A stretch of 64,000 nucleotides of DNA. Origin: an uncultured Eubacteriales bacterium. GTDB lineage: Bacteria > Bacillota > Peptococcia > Peptococcales > SKKY01. Positions 29,619 through 39,539 of this stretch are shown one piece after another. Positions within the stretch are counted from its first letter, which is position 1, and each line of letters begins with the position of its first letter. The notes below the pieces were generated by a model that ran no database searches, was not told the origin of the DNA, and worked only from the letters and a program-made list of their open reading frames with translations. Made by a program: the position numbers and the translations under genes. Location: contig CAZNNQ010000005.1 in NCBI GenBank assembly GCA_964574445.1, positions 5,092 to 69,091 on the forward strand, given 5' to 3'.

Positions 29619-30518
29619 ATGGACTTTAAAAACCGTACAAAACAATATGCAGAAAATATTGATAAGAATTTGGATGTATTATTGGAATCTAAAGAACAAA
29701 TTCCTCAAATTATTCATGAAGCTATGCGCTATAGTGTTTTTGCAGGGGGCAAAAGGTTACGTCCAATTTTATCATTGGCCTCAAATGAAATTTTTGAAGG
29801 GTCATTCGAAAATACAATTAACACAGCTTGTGCTCTAGAGCTTATTCATACTTATTCACTTATTCACGACGATCATCCGGATTTAGATAATGATGATATG
29901 CGCAGAGGAATGGCAACTAATCACAAAGTCTATGGAAACGCTATGGCGATCCTGGCAGGAGATGCACTTCTTACACATGCTTTTCAAATATTATCTTATG
30001 ATGCAATGAAAGAACAAAATTCAGATACACTCAAAAGAAGGTTACAGTCAAACTTTGAAATAGCGCAAGCAATTGGAAGTAGAGGAATGATTGGCGGCCA
30101 AGTGGTTGATATTATCTCTGAAGGTAATAATGAAAAAGACTCTAATATACTTCGCTATATTCATACACATAAAACAGGAGACCTGATAAGAGCATCTGTA
30201 AGAAGTGGAGCTCTAATAGGTGGAGCTAATGATGAGGAGCTTTTTAACATTACTATATATGCCGAGAAAATTGGGATGGCTTTTCAAATAACAGATGATA
30301 TTCTTGATGTTACTGGTGACGAAAAATCCTTAGGAAAGAATATTGGAAGTGATGAGAAAAATGAAAAACTAACTTATCCAAGCATCTATGGTTTAGAAAA
30401 ATCAAAAAAAATGGCAGAAAAAGCAGTAAGTGATGCTTTGATGTTTTTAAAAAAGATAAACAAAAAAAGCACCTATCTTGAGGAACTTGCAGAATATATA
30501 TTAACAAGAAATAACTAA
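29619..30518 (+). CDS. ispA: (2E,6E)-farnesyl diphosphate synthase / polyprenyl synthetase
   Basis: LIHDDHPDLDNDDMRRG (first Asp-rich motif) and FQITDDILD (second). ATG 29619 lies 6 nt after AAGGTGA. Confidence 0.9.
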   Translation: MDFKNRTKQYAENIDKNLDVLLESKEQIPQIIHEAMRYSVFAGGKRLRPILSLASNEIFEGSFENTINTACALELIHTYSLIHDDHPDLDNDDMRRGMATNHKVYGNAMAILAGDALLTHAFQILSYDAMKEQNSDTLKRRLQSNFEIAQAIGSRGMIGGQVVDIISEGNNEKDSNILRYIHTHKTGDLIRASVRSGALIGGANDEELFNITIYAEKIGMAFQITDDILDVTGDEKSLGKNIGSDEKNEKLTYPSIYGLEKSKKMAEKAVSDALMFLKKINKKSTYLEELAEYILTRNN

Positions 30519-30521
30519 AAA

Positions 30522-30977
30522 ATGGTGATAAATTTGAAATTTACAGATTTACTAGACAATCACATAATTATTGTAACTATGGTTTCCTGGCTTCTTGCTC
30601 AAAGCATAAAGCTTATAATCGATAAAATAAAATATAGAGAAGTTGATTTTACCAGACTAGTTGGAGCAGGTGGAATGCCAAGCTCTCATTCGGCCTTTGT
30701 AACTTCTTTAGCTACTTCTATTGCTTTTCAGCACGGATTAAATTCTACGGAATTTGCATTAGCATTTTCATTAGCGTCGATTGTAATGTATGATGCTGCA
30801 GGAGTGAGACGTTCTGCTGGTAAGCAGGCACGGGTGCTAAACAAGATTGTTCATGATTTATATAGCAAGGAACATACAATAAAAAAAGAACGTCTTAAAG
30901 AACTAATAGGTCATTCCCCGGTAGAAGTTTTTGCCGGAGCTGTTCTTGGAATACTTGTTGCAATTTTTATGGCGTGA
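30522..30977 (+). CDS. divergent PAP2 / DUF212-family membrane protein
   Basis: 151 aa. Contains GGMPSSHSAFV and MYDAAGVRRSAGKQA motifs. Confidence 0.7.
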   Translation: MVINLKFTDLLDNHIIIVTMVSWLLAQSIKLIIDKIKYREVDFTRLVGAGGMPSSHSAFVTSLATSIAFQHGLNSTEFALAFSLASIVMYDAAGVRRSAGKQARVLNKIVHDLYSKEHTIKKERLKELIGHSPVEVFAGAVLGILVAIFMA

Positions 30978-30989
30978 TATTATTAAGAT

Positions 30990-31590
30990 GTAAGGACAGG
31001 TGGAGTATTATTCTAGTCGAATATCTACTTTCGAAGGCGGGCTTAAAAATCCGTTAAAGGGCACATCGATGAAGTTCCTGGTGGTGGCTTTGGACGCCCA
31101 GTCTGGGGTTGCTGCTGGGAGTTAAGATTGTAGGGCTACTTGCAATGGCATGCAGGGATGACCCTGCTTTCGTGGAGACCCAAGTGCGTGTATTGTACCA
31201 TCGTGTGCAGTGGATGGCTTGGGATTAAACCTGCATCCGGGGTAACTCGGGTGTAGCGTAGCCTACCTTGAGCGTTTTAAGCGGATAAGCAGTTAAGTGG
31301 GTGATGGATTGTGGCCACAGTTTGTTATTCATTGCTTTGAAACTTAATTAATGCAAAAGAGGCTAGAAAGTAGCTCTATTTGCCGGGGAAAACTCCTAGA
31401 GTATATACCGCAAGGTATGATCTTGCAGGGATTAAAGTGTGGTCTGAGTGGTGATCTAGTTCTGCTAATGGCGACATGCAGGGAAGGCTTTAAAAGGAAA
31501 CTGCCGGAAGGGCGACCAACGGTAGCCTTTTGGGAAAACCTACTAGACCTAAGCCACAATATTTATCTGTGAGATTTCCACCTGTCCATT
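30990..31590 (+). ncRNA. ole: OLE (ornate, large, extremophilic) RNA
   Basis: A roughly 630-nt gap with no credible ORF lies between ispA/DUF212 and a small membrane-protein gene followed by dxs, which is the canonical OLE context. G+C rises sharply: I counted 34/60 by hand for 31081-31140. The ends are complementary (GGACAGGTGGA 30994-31004 with TCCACCTGTCC 31577-31587). Internal helices include GCAGGG-atga-CCCTGC (31152-31167), CCCAAG/CTTGGG (31179-84 / 31218-23) and ATACC-GCAA-GGTAT (31405-31418). Confidence 0.8.
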
Positions 31591-31609
31591 TTATTTTGGA
31601 GTGAATTGA

Positions 31610-32149
31610 TTGGCTAAAAATAGAAGTAATGAGATATCAATAAAAAATGCACTTGCTATGGGGATCGGAACATTTTTTCTTTCCTTTATCCTGTCACTTG
31701 TTTCGGAAGTGTCATTCAGGGTGGTTCCTTTAACTGTAAGTATTTTATTGGTTTTAGTTGTAATTTTAATAGGAATTATGTTTGATATGGTTGGAATGGC
31801 AACTGTAACAGCTGATTTGAAAGTATTGCATGCCCGCGCATCTCAAAAAGTTCATGGTGCAAGAGTTGCCGTTGAATTAGTGAGAAATTCTGCTAGGGTT
31901 TCTTCGATATGCAATGATGTTGTCGGTGATATTTGCGGAACGTTGAGTGGTGCCTTAGGAGCTGCAATTGTTATTGAGGTATTAACTCAGAATCCTAATA
32001 TAAATGGCTTGATTTTAGGTGTGTCTGTAACAGCCATGGTAGCTTCTTTAACCGTAGGAGGGAAAGCCTACGCAAAAGGAGTAGCTATCAAAAATGGAAC
32101 GCCAATAATATTTTTTATTGGTAAACTGCTTAGTAAGGCCAAGCTATAG
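31610..32149 (+). CDS. oapA: OLE-associated protein A-like small membrane protein
   Basis: 179 aa with about 4 TM helices. It lies directly downstream of the OLE-like RNA and upstream of dxs. TTG start after GGAGTG. Confidence 0.7.
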   Translation: MAKNRSNEISIKNALAMGIGTFFLSFILSLVSEVSFRVVPLTVSILLVLVVILIGIMFDMVGMATVTADLKVLHARASQKVHGARVAVELVRNSARVSSICNDVVGDICGTLSGALGAAIVIEVLTQNPNINGLILGVSVTAMVASLTVGGKAYAKGVAIKNGTPIIFFIGKLLSKAKL

Positions 32150-32162
32150 TGAAGGTGGAAAA

Positions 32163-34088
32163 ATGAGTTTAATAAAAACTAATGAAAGAGTACTGAAGGA
32201 TGAAATAAAAAAATATAGTATAGATGAACTCACTAAGCTGTCAGGAGAAATCCGTGAACAGCTTATTGATGTTGTATCGGAAAATGGTGGACACTTAGCA
32301 TCCAATTTAGGTGTCGTTGAATTAACATTAGCTCTTCATTATGTTTTTAATTCTTCAAAAGATAAATTTATTTGGGATGTTGGGCATCAGGCTTATGTGC
32401 ATAAAATTTTGTCTGGAAGAAGAGAAGCACTAAGTACCATTAGAAAATATGGTGGTATTTCCGGGTTCCCTAAATGCAATGAAAGTATCGATGATTGCTT
32501 TGATGTTGGTCATAGTAGTACCTCAGTATCAGCAGCCTTAGGTCTTGCTAATGCAAGGGATTTAAAAGGAGAAAAACATTCGGTTTTGGCAATTATTGGA
32601 GATGGCGCTATGACCGGAGGGATGGCTTTCGAAGCTTTAAATCATGCTGGTCACTTACAGACAGACATGACAGTTATCCTAAATGATAATGAAATGTCCA
32701 TTAGCGGCAATGTAGGGGCAATGTCAACATATTTAAATAAAGTAAGATTAGACCCAAATTACACAAAAAGAAAACAATATATTGAAAACATCTTAAATAG
32801 AATTCCAAAGATAGGAAATAAAGTTGCCTGGACAGCAGAAAAGATAAAAGATACCGTGAAGTATTTAATGGTTCCAGGACAGTTATTTGAAGAATTAGGG
32901 TTTAGATATTTTGGTCCAGTTGATGGTCATAATCTTGAAGAGCTTATAGATGTTCTTAAAAAGATTCAAGAAATAAAAGGCCCAAAGATAGTTCATGTTA
33001 TAACTAAAAAAGGAAAAGGATATAAATACGCAGAAGACAATCCAGATAAATTTCATGGGATAGGTTCTTTTGATAAGGAAACAGGAGAAGTAAAAACCAA
33101 ATCAAAAAAAACCTCCTACACTAAGGCTTTCTCCAATGCACTTTTGGATATTGCAGAACAAGATGACAAAATTATTGCTATAACTGCAGCAATGGATAGT
33201 GGAACAGGAACGGACGTTTTTTCTCAAAAGTATCCTAAACGATTCTATGATGTAGGTATAGCTGAACAACACGCTGTAACTTTTGCAGCAGCATTAGCTC
33301 GTGGTGGTATGAAGCCGGTAGTAGCAATTTACAGCACTTTTTTACAAAGGGCTTATGATCAAATTGTTCACGATGTAGCTTTACAAAATGTTCCAGTAAT
33401 TTTTGCCTTGGATCGTGCAGGATTAGTAGGAGAAGATGGTCCTACCCACCATGGAGTTTTTGATATTTCATATTTGAGGCATATACCTAATATGGTGATT
33501 ATGGCACCTAAAGATGAAAAAGAGCTTGGGAACTTATTGTTTTCGGCGACAAAATATAATGTACCTTCTTCTATAAGATATCCAAGAGGAGAAGGTACGG
33601 GAGTTATAATTGATAGAGGGATTTTTGAGTATATAGAAAAAGGCCAAGGAGAACTCCTTAGTTCTGGTAGTGAGGTATTAATTATTGCAGTTGGAAGCAT
33701 GGTTGAAGAAGCAATAAAAGCTAAAGAGATCCTTGAGCGTTGTAATATTAGTACGGGTATAATTAATGCTCGTTTTATCAAACCAATTGATGAAAAACTT
33801 ATTATAGAAAATGCAAAAGACAAAAAAGTAATTGTTACTGTAGAAGAAAACGTTCTAAAGGGAGGTTTTTCTGAAGAAATCTCATCGATAATGGAAAAAA
33901 ACGGGATTATTAAACCTCTTTTAAGAATAGGAATTGAAGATGTTTTTGTAGAACATGGGCCACAAAATATTCTTCGAGAAAAGTGTGGACTAAGTGGTGA
34001 AAAAATTGCCCAAAGAGTGAAAGAAAGTCTGGTATCTACAGGATCATTTGCAAAAGTTTTAAATATGAACCGGAGAAAGTATCTATGA
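32163..34088 (+). CDS. dxs: 1-deoxy-D-xylulose-5-phosphate synthase
   Basis: GGHLASNLGVVELT, GHSSTSVSAALG and IIGDGAMTGGMAFEALN (ThDP) motifs. ATG 32163 lies after GAAGGTGG. Confidence 0.95.
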   Translation: MSLIKTNERVLKDEIKKYSIDELTKLSGEIREQLIDVVSENGGHLASNLGVVELTLALHYVFNSSKDKFIWDVGHQAYVHKILSGRREALSTIRKYGGISGFPKCNESIDDCFDVGHSSTSVSAALGLANARDLKGEKHSVLAIIGDGAMTGGMAFEALNHAGHLQTDMTVILNDNEMSISGNVGAMSTYLNKVRLDPNYTKRKQYIENILNRIPKIGNKVAWTAEKIKDTVKYLMVPGQLFEELGFRYFGPVDGHNLEELIDVLKKIQEIKGPKIVHVITKKGKGYKYAEDNPDKFHGIGSFDKETGEVKTKSKKTSYTKAFSNALLDIAEQDDKIIAITAAMDSGTGTDVFSQKYPKRFYDVGIAEQHAVTFAAALARGGMKPVVAIYSTFLQRAYDQIVHDVALQNVPVIFALDRAGLVGEDGPTHHGVFDISYLRHIPNMVIMAPKDEKELGNLLFSATKYNVPSSIRYPRGEGTGVIIDRGIFEYIEKGQGELLSSGSEVLIIAVGSMVEEAIKAKEILERCNISTGIINARFIKPIDEKLIIENAKDKKVIVTVEENVLKGGFSEEISSIMEKNGIIKPLLRIGIEDVFVEHGPQNILREKCGLSGEKIAQRVKESLVSTGSFAKVLNMNRRKYL

Positions 34089-34882
34089 AAATAAGAATTG
34101 ATAAACTTCTTTTTGAAAAAAACATTACAGAAAGTCGGGAAAGAGCAAAAGCACTTATAATGGCTGGAAAAATCTTGGTAAATAAAGAAAAAATTGATAA
34201 ACCAGGAACTTTAGTAGAAGAAGATGCAGAAATAGAAATAATAGGAGAAAAATTACAGTATGTAAGCAGAGGAGGCCTAAAACTTGAAAAAGCCCTTCAA
34301 GTTTTTCCAATATCGCTAGAAAAAAAAGTTGTACTAGATATTGGAGCATCCACAGGAGGATTTACAGACTGTGCTCTTCAGAATGGTGCAAGTAAAGTTT
34401 ATGCTGTTGATGTTGGTTATGGGCAACTCGATTGGAAGCTTAGAAATGATAGTAGAGTAATTACCATGGAAAGAACTAATGCTAGGTATCTAGAAAAGGA
34501 ATCTTTTCCGGAACCTTTGGATTTTGTTACAACAGATGTGGCCTTTATTTCTCTTACAAAGATTCTTCCAGCAATAAAAAAAGTTTTAAAAAGTGATCTT
34601 GGAGAAGCTGTTGTATTAATCAAACCACAATTTGAAGCAGGTAGAGAAAAAGTTGGGAAAAAAGGTGTTGTTAAAGACCCGGAAGTTCATAAAGAAGTAA
34701 TTGATAAAATTATTAATTTTTCAATACAAGAAGGTTTCATTATAAAAGGATTAACATCTTCGCCTATTAAAGGACCTGAAGGAAATATAGAATATTTATT
34801 GTGGATAGCCCGATCTGAAAACGAAAATGAAAATATAGAATATGACATTAACAAAATTGTAGAGGAAGCCTTTAGGGGATGA
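34085..34882 (+). CDS. tlyA: TlyA-family rRNA 2'-O-methyltransferase
   Basis: S4-like N-terminus (RIDKLLFEKNITESRERAK) and FtsJ fold (LDIGASTGGFTD). Confidence 0.9.
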   Translation: MKIRIDKLLFEKNITESRERAKALIMAGKILVNKEKIDKPGTLVEEDAEIEIIGEKLQYVSRGGLKLEKALQVFPISLEKKVVLDIGASTGGFTDCALQNGASKVYAVDVGYGQLDWKLRNDSRVITMERTNARYLEKESFPEPLDFVTTDVAFISLTKILPAIKKVLKSDLGEAVVLIKPQFEAGREKVGKKGVVKDPEVHKEVIDKIINFSIQEGFIIKGLTSSPIKGPEGNIEYLLWIARSENENENIEYDINKIVEEAFRG

Positions 34883-34886
34883 TTAT

Positions 34887-35387
34887 TTGGTAAAAAGCGA
34901 TTATCTAATATTTGGCTTTATCTTAGGTATACTAGTGCTTTCTTATATTATAAAAGCTCTAGACAGTTACAAAAAGAAAAAAACATATTATAAAGCTAAA
35001 GCAGCAGAAAAAAAAGCAATGGATTTACTTGAAGTTCAAGGATATAGGGTTATAGAAGTTCAACCTAGACGCAATATAACTTATAATTTAAATGGACAAA
35101 AAAAGAGGGCTTATGTAAAAGCTGATTTTTTAGTCCGGAGGAACTTTAAAAAAATAATTTGTGAAGTTAAAACGGGAGAAAAAACCCGAATCACTCAAGC
35201 AATAATAAGAAGACAATTATTTGATTATTATTATGCCTATGGTGTTAGTGAAGTAATTCTGATAGATATGGAAAAAAATAGAATTGATAGAATAACTTTT
35301 AATGATAAAAGAAACTGGACCAGATATGGGCTGTTTTTTTTAACTTTGTTAGGGATATTTTATTTTTGTTTTGAATATATAAGATGA
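34887..35387 (+). CDS. hypothetical protein: PD-(D/E)xK-like core flanked by N- and C-terminal TM helices
   Basis: 166 aa. TM helices at both ends (LIFGFILGILVLSYII and YGLFFLTLLGIFYFCF). The central segment KADFLV...ICEVKTGEK resembles a D...ExK nuclease motif. Confidence 0.45.
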   Translation: MVKSDYLIFGFILGILVLSYIIKALDSYKKKKTYYKAKAAEKKAMDLLEVQGYRVIEVQPRRNITYNLNGQKKRAYVKADFLVRRNFKKIICEVKTGEKTRITQAIIRRQLFDYYYAYGVSEVILIDMEKNRIDRITFNDKRNWTRYGLFFLTLLGIFYFCFEYIR

Positions 35388-35400
35388 AAGAAGGCTTGGA

Positions 35401-36246
35401 ATGAATATTAAAAAAATTGGAATAATTATGAACTATGACAAAAAAGATACTGCTGAGCTTTCAAAAAAACTTGTAGATTATTTAATGGAAAATGGAATAG
35501 AAGTGTTTTCTCTTAAAGAAGAGTGTGAAGTTATAGAAGATCTTCAAGAATTACCAAAAAAAGAGTTTAATGAAATTATTGAATTTTTAATAGTTATTGG
35601 TGGAGATGGGACGTTTCTTCGAGGATCAAGACAAATTTTTGGGTATGATATCCCTATCCTCGGGGTTAACATGGGAAAACTTGGCTTTTTAACAGAGGTT
35701 GAAAAGGATAATGTATTCGAAGCTTTAAATGAAGTAATTAAAGGAAATTATTTCATAGAGAATAGAATGCTTCTTGCCGCAGATGTAATTAGAAAGAATG
35801 ATGTTATTGCATCCTTTACAGCATTAAATGATTTTGTAATTAATAAAGGTGCATTTTCAAGATTAATTGGAATTTCTATGAATATAGGGGGGGAATATTT
35901 TAGAGAATATTCATCCGATGGTGTAATTGTCGCAACCCCAACTGGTTCAACAGCTTATTCATTGTCTGCAGGAGGGCCAATAGTTTATCCAGGATTAGAC
36001 GTTAGTATAATCACACCTATTTGTCCACACTCATTGAGCGCTAGACCTATGGTTATACCACCAGATAAGGATGTGAAAATTACTTTATGTTCATCTAGAA
36101 TGGAAGCTATGCTTACTATTGATGGACAAAATGCTTTTGAACTCGAAAATGGAGATAAAATAATTATAAAGAAATCTAAGAGTAATCTAAATTTTGTTAA
36201 ATTTTCAAAAGAAGGATTTTTTGGAAGAATTAGAGATAAATTTTAG
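35401..36246 (+). CDS. nadK: NAD+ kinase
   Basis: GGDGTFLR, NDFVI and ATPTGSTAYSLSAGGPIV motifs. Confidence 0.95.
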   Translation: MNIKKIGIIMNYDKKDTAELSKKLVDYLMENGIEVFSLKEECEVIEDLQELPKKEFNEIIEFLIVIGGDGTFLRGSRQIFGYDIPILGVNMGKLGFLTEVEKDNVFEALNEVIKGNYFIENRMLLAADVIRKNDVIASFTALNDFVINKGAFSRLIGISMNIGGEYFREYSSDGVIVATPTGSTAYSLSAGGPIVYPGLDVSIITPICPHSLSARPMVIPPDKDVKITLCSSRMEAMLTIDGQNAFELENGDKIIIKKSKSNLNFVKFSKEGFFGRIRDKF

Positions 36247-36257
36247 GGGTAATTATT

Positions 36258-36830
36258 TTGAAAATGCAAAGTATATTTACAAATCTTAATGGTTTAAATA
36301 AAAAATTACTAACAGAGATAATTAAAAATGGAGATACTGTTATTGATGCAACCCTTGGCAATGGCTGGGATGCAGTCTACTTGGCTAAACTTGTAGGTCC
36401 TGAAGGAAAGGTTTTTGGGTTTGATATCCAGGAAGAGGCTGTAACAAGATCATCTGAAAGAATGAAAAAGGAAGGTATCTCAAATTACAATTTTTTAGTA
36501 GAAAGTCATTCGGAAATGGATTCATATGTAAAAGAAGCTTCGGCTATTGTATTTAATCTAGGATATCTTCCTGGTGGATCAAAGGAAATTAGAACAGACA
36601 GTATTACAACACTCGAGGCAATAAAGAAAGCTTTAAAAATTCTTAAAAGTCCTGGGATTATTGGGATAATGTTTTACACAGGACATCCTGGTGGGAAAGA
36701 AGAAAAAGATATTGTCATCCCTTTCCTTGAAGATCTAAACAAAAGAAAATATGATGTATTGAAGGTCGAACATATTAACGGAAAAGACACTGCACCTTTT
36801 TTAATACTAATATACAAAAAAGGGGAATAA
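36258..36830 (+). CDS. class I SAM-dependent methyltransferase, YtqB/MnmM-like
   Basis: 190 aa. Contains DATLGNGWDAVYLAKLVGPEGKVFGFDIQEEAV and FNLGYLPGG motifs. Confidence 0.7.
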   Translation: MKMQSIFTNLNGLNKKLLTEIIKNGDTVIDATLGNGWDAVYLAKLVGPEGKVFGFDIQEEAVTRSSERMKKEGISNYNFLVESHSEMDSYVKEASAIVFNLGYLPGGSKEIRTDSITTLEAIKKALKILKSPGIIGIMFYTGHPGGKEEKDIVIPFLEDLNKRKYDVLKVEHINGKDTAPFLILIYKKGE

Positions 36831-36834
36831 GATT

Positions 36835-37284
36835 ATGAAAAGTATAAGGCAGAAAAAGATTTTAAATCTAATCGAGAATCAAATTGTTTCTACTCAAAAA
36901 GATCTTGCAGATGCATTAATTGAATCAGGCTTCGAAGTGACTCAGGCCACGGTTTCAAGAGATATAAAAGAGCTAAATTTAATTAAAATTTCAGTTGGGG
37001 ATAATTTGTACCGTTATGCAGCCCCCCAAGAGGCTATAGTAGTATCTGAGAAAAAGTTTGAATTTGTTCTTAAGGAATTTGTACTTGATGTGGACTATAG
37101 CGAAAATATAATAGTTGTTAAAACTGCACCTGCAAATGCAAATGTTGTTGCTTATGCTTTGGATAATTTTACTTGGAAAGAAGTTATAGGGACTGTAGCT
37201 GGTGATGATACTATTTTGCTTGTAGTGAAATCCAGAAATGCTGTTGAAAGAATAGTAAAAAAGATTAGAGAATATATTGAATAA
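36835..37284 (+). CDS. argR: arginine repressor
   Basis: 149 aa. Contains QATVSRDIKEL (wHTH) and GTVAGDDTILLV (Arg-binding) segments. Confidence 0.9.
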   Translation: MKSIRQKKILNLIENQIVSTQKDLADALIESGFEVTQATVSRDIKELNLIKISVGDNLYRYAAPQEAIVVSEKKFEFVLKEFVLDVDYSENIIVVKTAPANANVVAYALDNFTWKEVIGTVAGDDTILLVVKSRNAVERIVKKIREYIE

Positions 37285-37305
37285 TAATTAACAGGGGGCA
37301 TTAGT

Positions 37306-38958
37306 GTGCTTAAGTTGTTAAGAATTTCAAACTATGCATTAATAGATAATTTAGAACTTGAATTTTCCCCTGGCTTAAATGTTCTTTCCGGAGAAACAGG
37401 AGCAGGGAAGTCTATTTTAGTTGGTGCAATTTCACTCCTTATGGGTGGTAGAAGCCAGGGAGAATACATAAGAAATAAAGATCAAAAAACATGGGTGGAA
37501 GGTTGTTTTGATTTTGAATTTTCAAGGGATTTAAATATTATGGCTGAGGAAGCAGGAATTCCTTTGGAAGAAGATTTCCTGGTTATCAGAAGAGAAATTA
37601 GTTCAAATGGAAAAAGTCTAGCGAGAATTAATGGTGTTATTGTACAAATTGGGTTTTTAAAAATTTTTGCATCAAAATTTATTAATATATATGGTCAACA
37701 TGATTTTCAAATTTTAAGTGATCCATCTAATCATTTGGGAATTTTGGATAATGCAGGGAAAAAAGAAGTCATACACCTTAAAGGGGAAGTAAAAAAAGCA
37801 TATTTAAAATATTCTGAAAGAAAAAAGAAGGCAGAAGAATTAAAGCATAAAATTTTTACTGAGGAACAAAAGAAAGAATTTCTTTTGTTCCAATTTGAAG
37901 AGTTGGAGAAAATTGCAATAACAAGTTCTGAAGAAGATAATGATATTGACCAAGAATTATTATTACTTGAAAATCAAGAAAAAATAAGCAATTTAACTTA
38001 TAATGCATCAGAAAATTTGTATGGACAAGGATCTGCTTACGAAAAAATTGGTGAAGCATTAATAAGTATATCAGAACTTTCGAATTTTATTTCAGATGTT
38101 AAAACAACTGAAGAAAGACTAAATAACATATATTATGAATTAGAAGATATTGCTTTAGATTTAAAAAAATATATTAAAGAAGAAGATTTTGATCAAAATA
38201 GATTAGATTTTTTAAACGAAAGAAAATTTAATTTACAAAAGATAAAAAAGAAGTACAATCTAAATCTTTCAGAATTAATTTTAAAAAAGAAAGAGATAGA
38301 GGAAGAATTGGAGTTGTTAAGTAATACGGCTTTTTATCTTGAACAAGGGGAGAAAGAATTAAAAGAATCTTTAAAAGACTATAATGAAAAAGCTGAAAAC
38401 CTATCTATTTTAAGAATGAAAACAGCTCGGAAGTTAGAAGAAGATATAAAAAAAGAATTGTCCTGGCTTGGGATGAATAATGTAATCTTTAAAACTGTAT
38501 TTGAAAAAGATAATCCTGGCCCCCTTGGGAATGATAAAGTGGAATTTCTCATATCAGCTAACTTAGGTGAAGAACCTAAACCGATTGCTAAAATCGCATC
38601 TGGTGGTGAGATGTCAAGAATAATGCTTTCTCTAAAAGTCATTATAACTGAGGATGGAGTAAGTACAATGATTTTTGATGAAGTTGATTCGGGAATTGGT
38701 GGGGAGACTATTCTTAAGGTTGGCGAGAAACTTAAAGAGGTTGCGAAGAAAAAACAAGTGTTATGTGTAACACATTCCCCCCAAATGGCAGCCTTAGCTC
38801 GGACGCATTTTTTAATAAGTAAAATAGAAGTTGAAAATAAAACTCAAACAACTGTTAAAGAATTAGATAAAGAGGAGAGAATTGAAGAAATTAGTAGAAT
38901 GTTAGGGAAACGTGATGCAGCCGGTAAAGAGTTTGCAATAAAACTATTAAATACTTGA
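37306..38958 (+). CDS. recN: DNA repair protein RecN
   Basis: Walker A GETGAGKS, a long coiled coil, SGGEMSRIML signature and FDEVDSGIGG motif. Confidence 0.95.
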   Translation: MLKLLRISNYALIDNLELEFSPGLNVLSGETGAGKSILVGAISLLMGGRSQGEYIRNKDQKTWVEGCFDFEFSRDLNIMAEEAGIPLEEDFLVIRREISSNGKSLARINGVIVQIGFLKIFASKFINIYGQHDFQILSDPSNHLGILDNAGKKEVIHLKGEVKKAYLKYSERKKKAEELKHKIFTEEQKKEFLLFQFEELEKIAITSSEEDNDIDQELLLLENQEKISNLTYNASENLYGQGSAYEKIGEALISISELSNFISDVKTTEERLNNIYYELEDIALDLKKYIKEEDFDQNRLDFLNERKFNLQKIKKKYNLNLSELILKKKEIEEELELLSNTAFYLEQGEKELKESLKDYNEKAENLSILRMKTARKLEEDIKKELSWLGMNNVIFKTVFEKDNPGPLGNDKVEFLISANLGEEPKPIAKIASGGEMSRIMLSLKVIITEDGVSTMIFDEVDSGIGGETILKVGEKLKEVAKKKQVLCVTHSPQMAALARTHFLISKIEVENKTQTTVKELDKEERIEEISRMLGKRDAAGKEFAIKLLNT

Positions 38959-39015
38959 TGGATAAGGGCTTTTGTGGTATCATGTAGTGTGTTAAATGAG
39001 ATAGAATTTTTGCAG

Positions 39016-39050
39016 AGAGTGGGTTTACGCCCACTCTTTCCTATTATTTT
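39016..39050 (+). terminator. intrinsic terminator after recN
   Basis: AGAGTGGG-tttacg-CCCACTCT hairpin followed by a T-rich tail. Confidence 0.7.
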
Positions 39051-39068
39051 AGGGGGAGGTAATCTAAA

Positions 39069-39521
39069 ATGTCTAAAATAGTTGATACAGTAGAAGAAAT
39101 TATTGAACCAATTATAGAAGAACTAGGTTTTGAATTAGTAGATGTTGAATTTTTAAAAGAGGGTTCAGATTGGTTTTTAAGAGTATATATTGATCAAGAA
39201 AATGGTATTAGTATAGATAATTGCGCAGATATTAGCAGAGCAATAAGTGGAAAACTTGATGAGATTGATCCAATTACCCAAGAATATTACCTTGAGGTTT
39301 CTTCACCAGGAATTGAAAGAGTCTTAAAGAAAGATAAAGACTTTATTAAGTTTAAAGGTAGCAAAGTTCAGATAAAACTTTTTACAAAATATATGGAAAA
39401 AAAACAGTTTTCTGGAATATTGGGTCCAGTAGATGAAAAAATATTAACAATTCTTTCAGATGAAGAAATTAAAATACCAAGGGAATTGATTTCCAGAGTG
39501 AATCTTATTTGGGAAGAATAG
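39069..39521 (+). CDS. rimP: ribosome maturation factor RimP
   Basis: 150 aa. Contains LEVSSPGIERVLK. It is the first gene of the nusA-infB operon. Confidence 0.9.
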   Translation: MSKIVDTVEEIIEPIIEELGFELVDVEFLKEGSDWFLRVYIDQENGISIDNCADISRAISGKLDEIDPITQEYYLEVSSPGIERVLKKDKDFIKFKGSKVQIKLFTKYMEKKQFSGILGPVDEKILTILSDEEIKIPRELISRVNLIWEE

Positions 39522-39539
39522 AAATAGGAGGTTATACGA

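Noticed and set aside
31344-31572. Two overlapping 71-73 aa ORFs (31344..31559 on the minus strand and 31351..31572 on the plus strand) inside the ispA-oapA gap.
   Set aside because: Neither has a Shine-Dalgarno sequence, and they overlap each other antisense. They lie within a GC-rich, helix-rich region that is better explained as the 3' half of the OLE RNA. The open frames are a by-product of the atypical composition.
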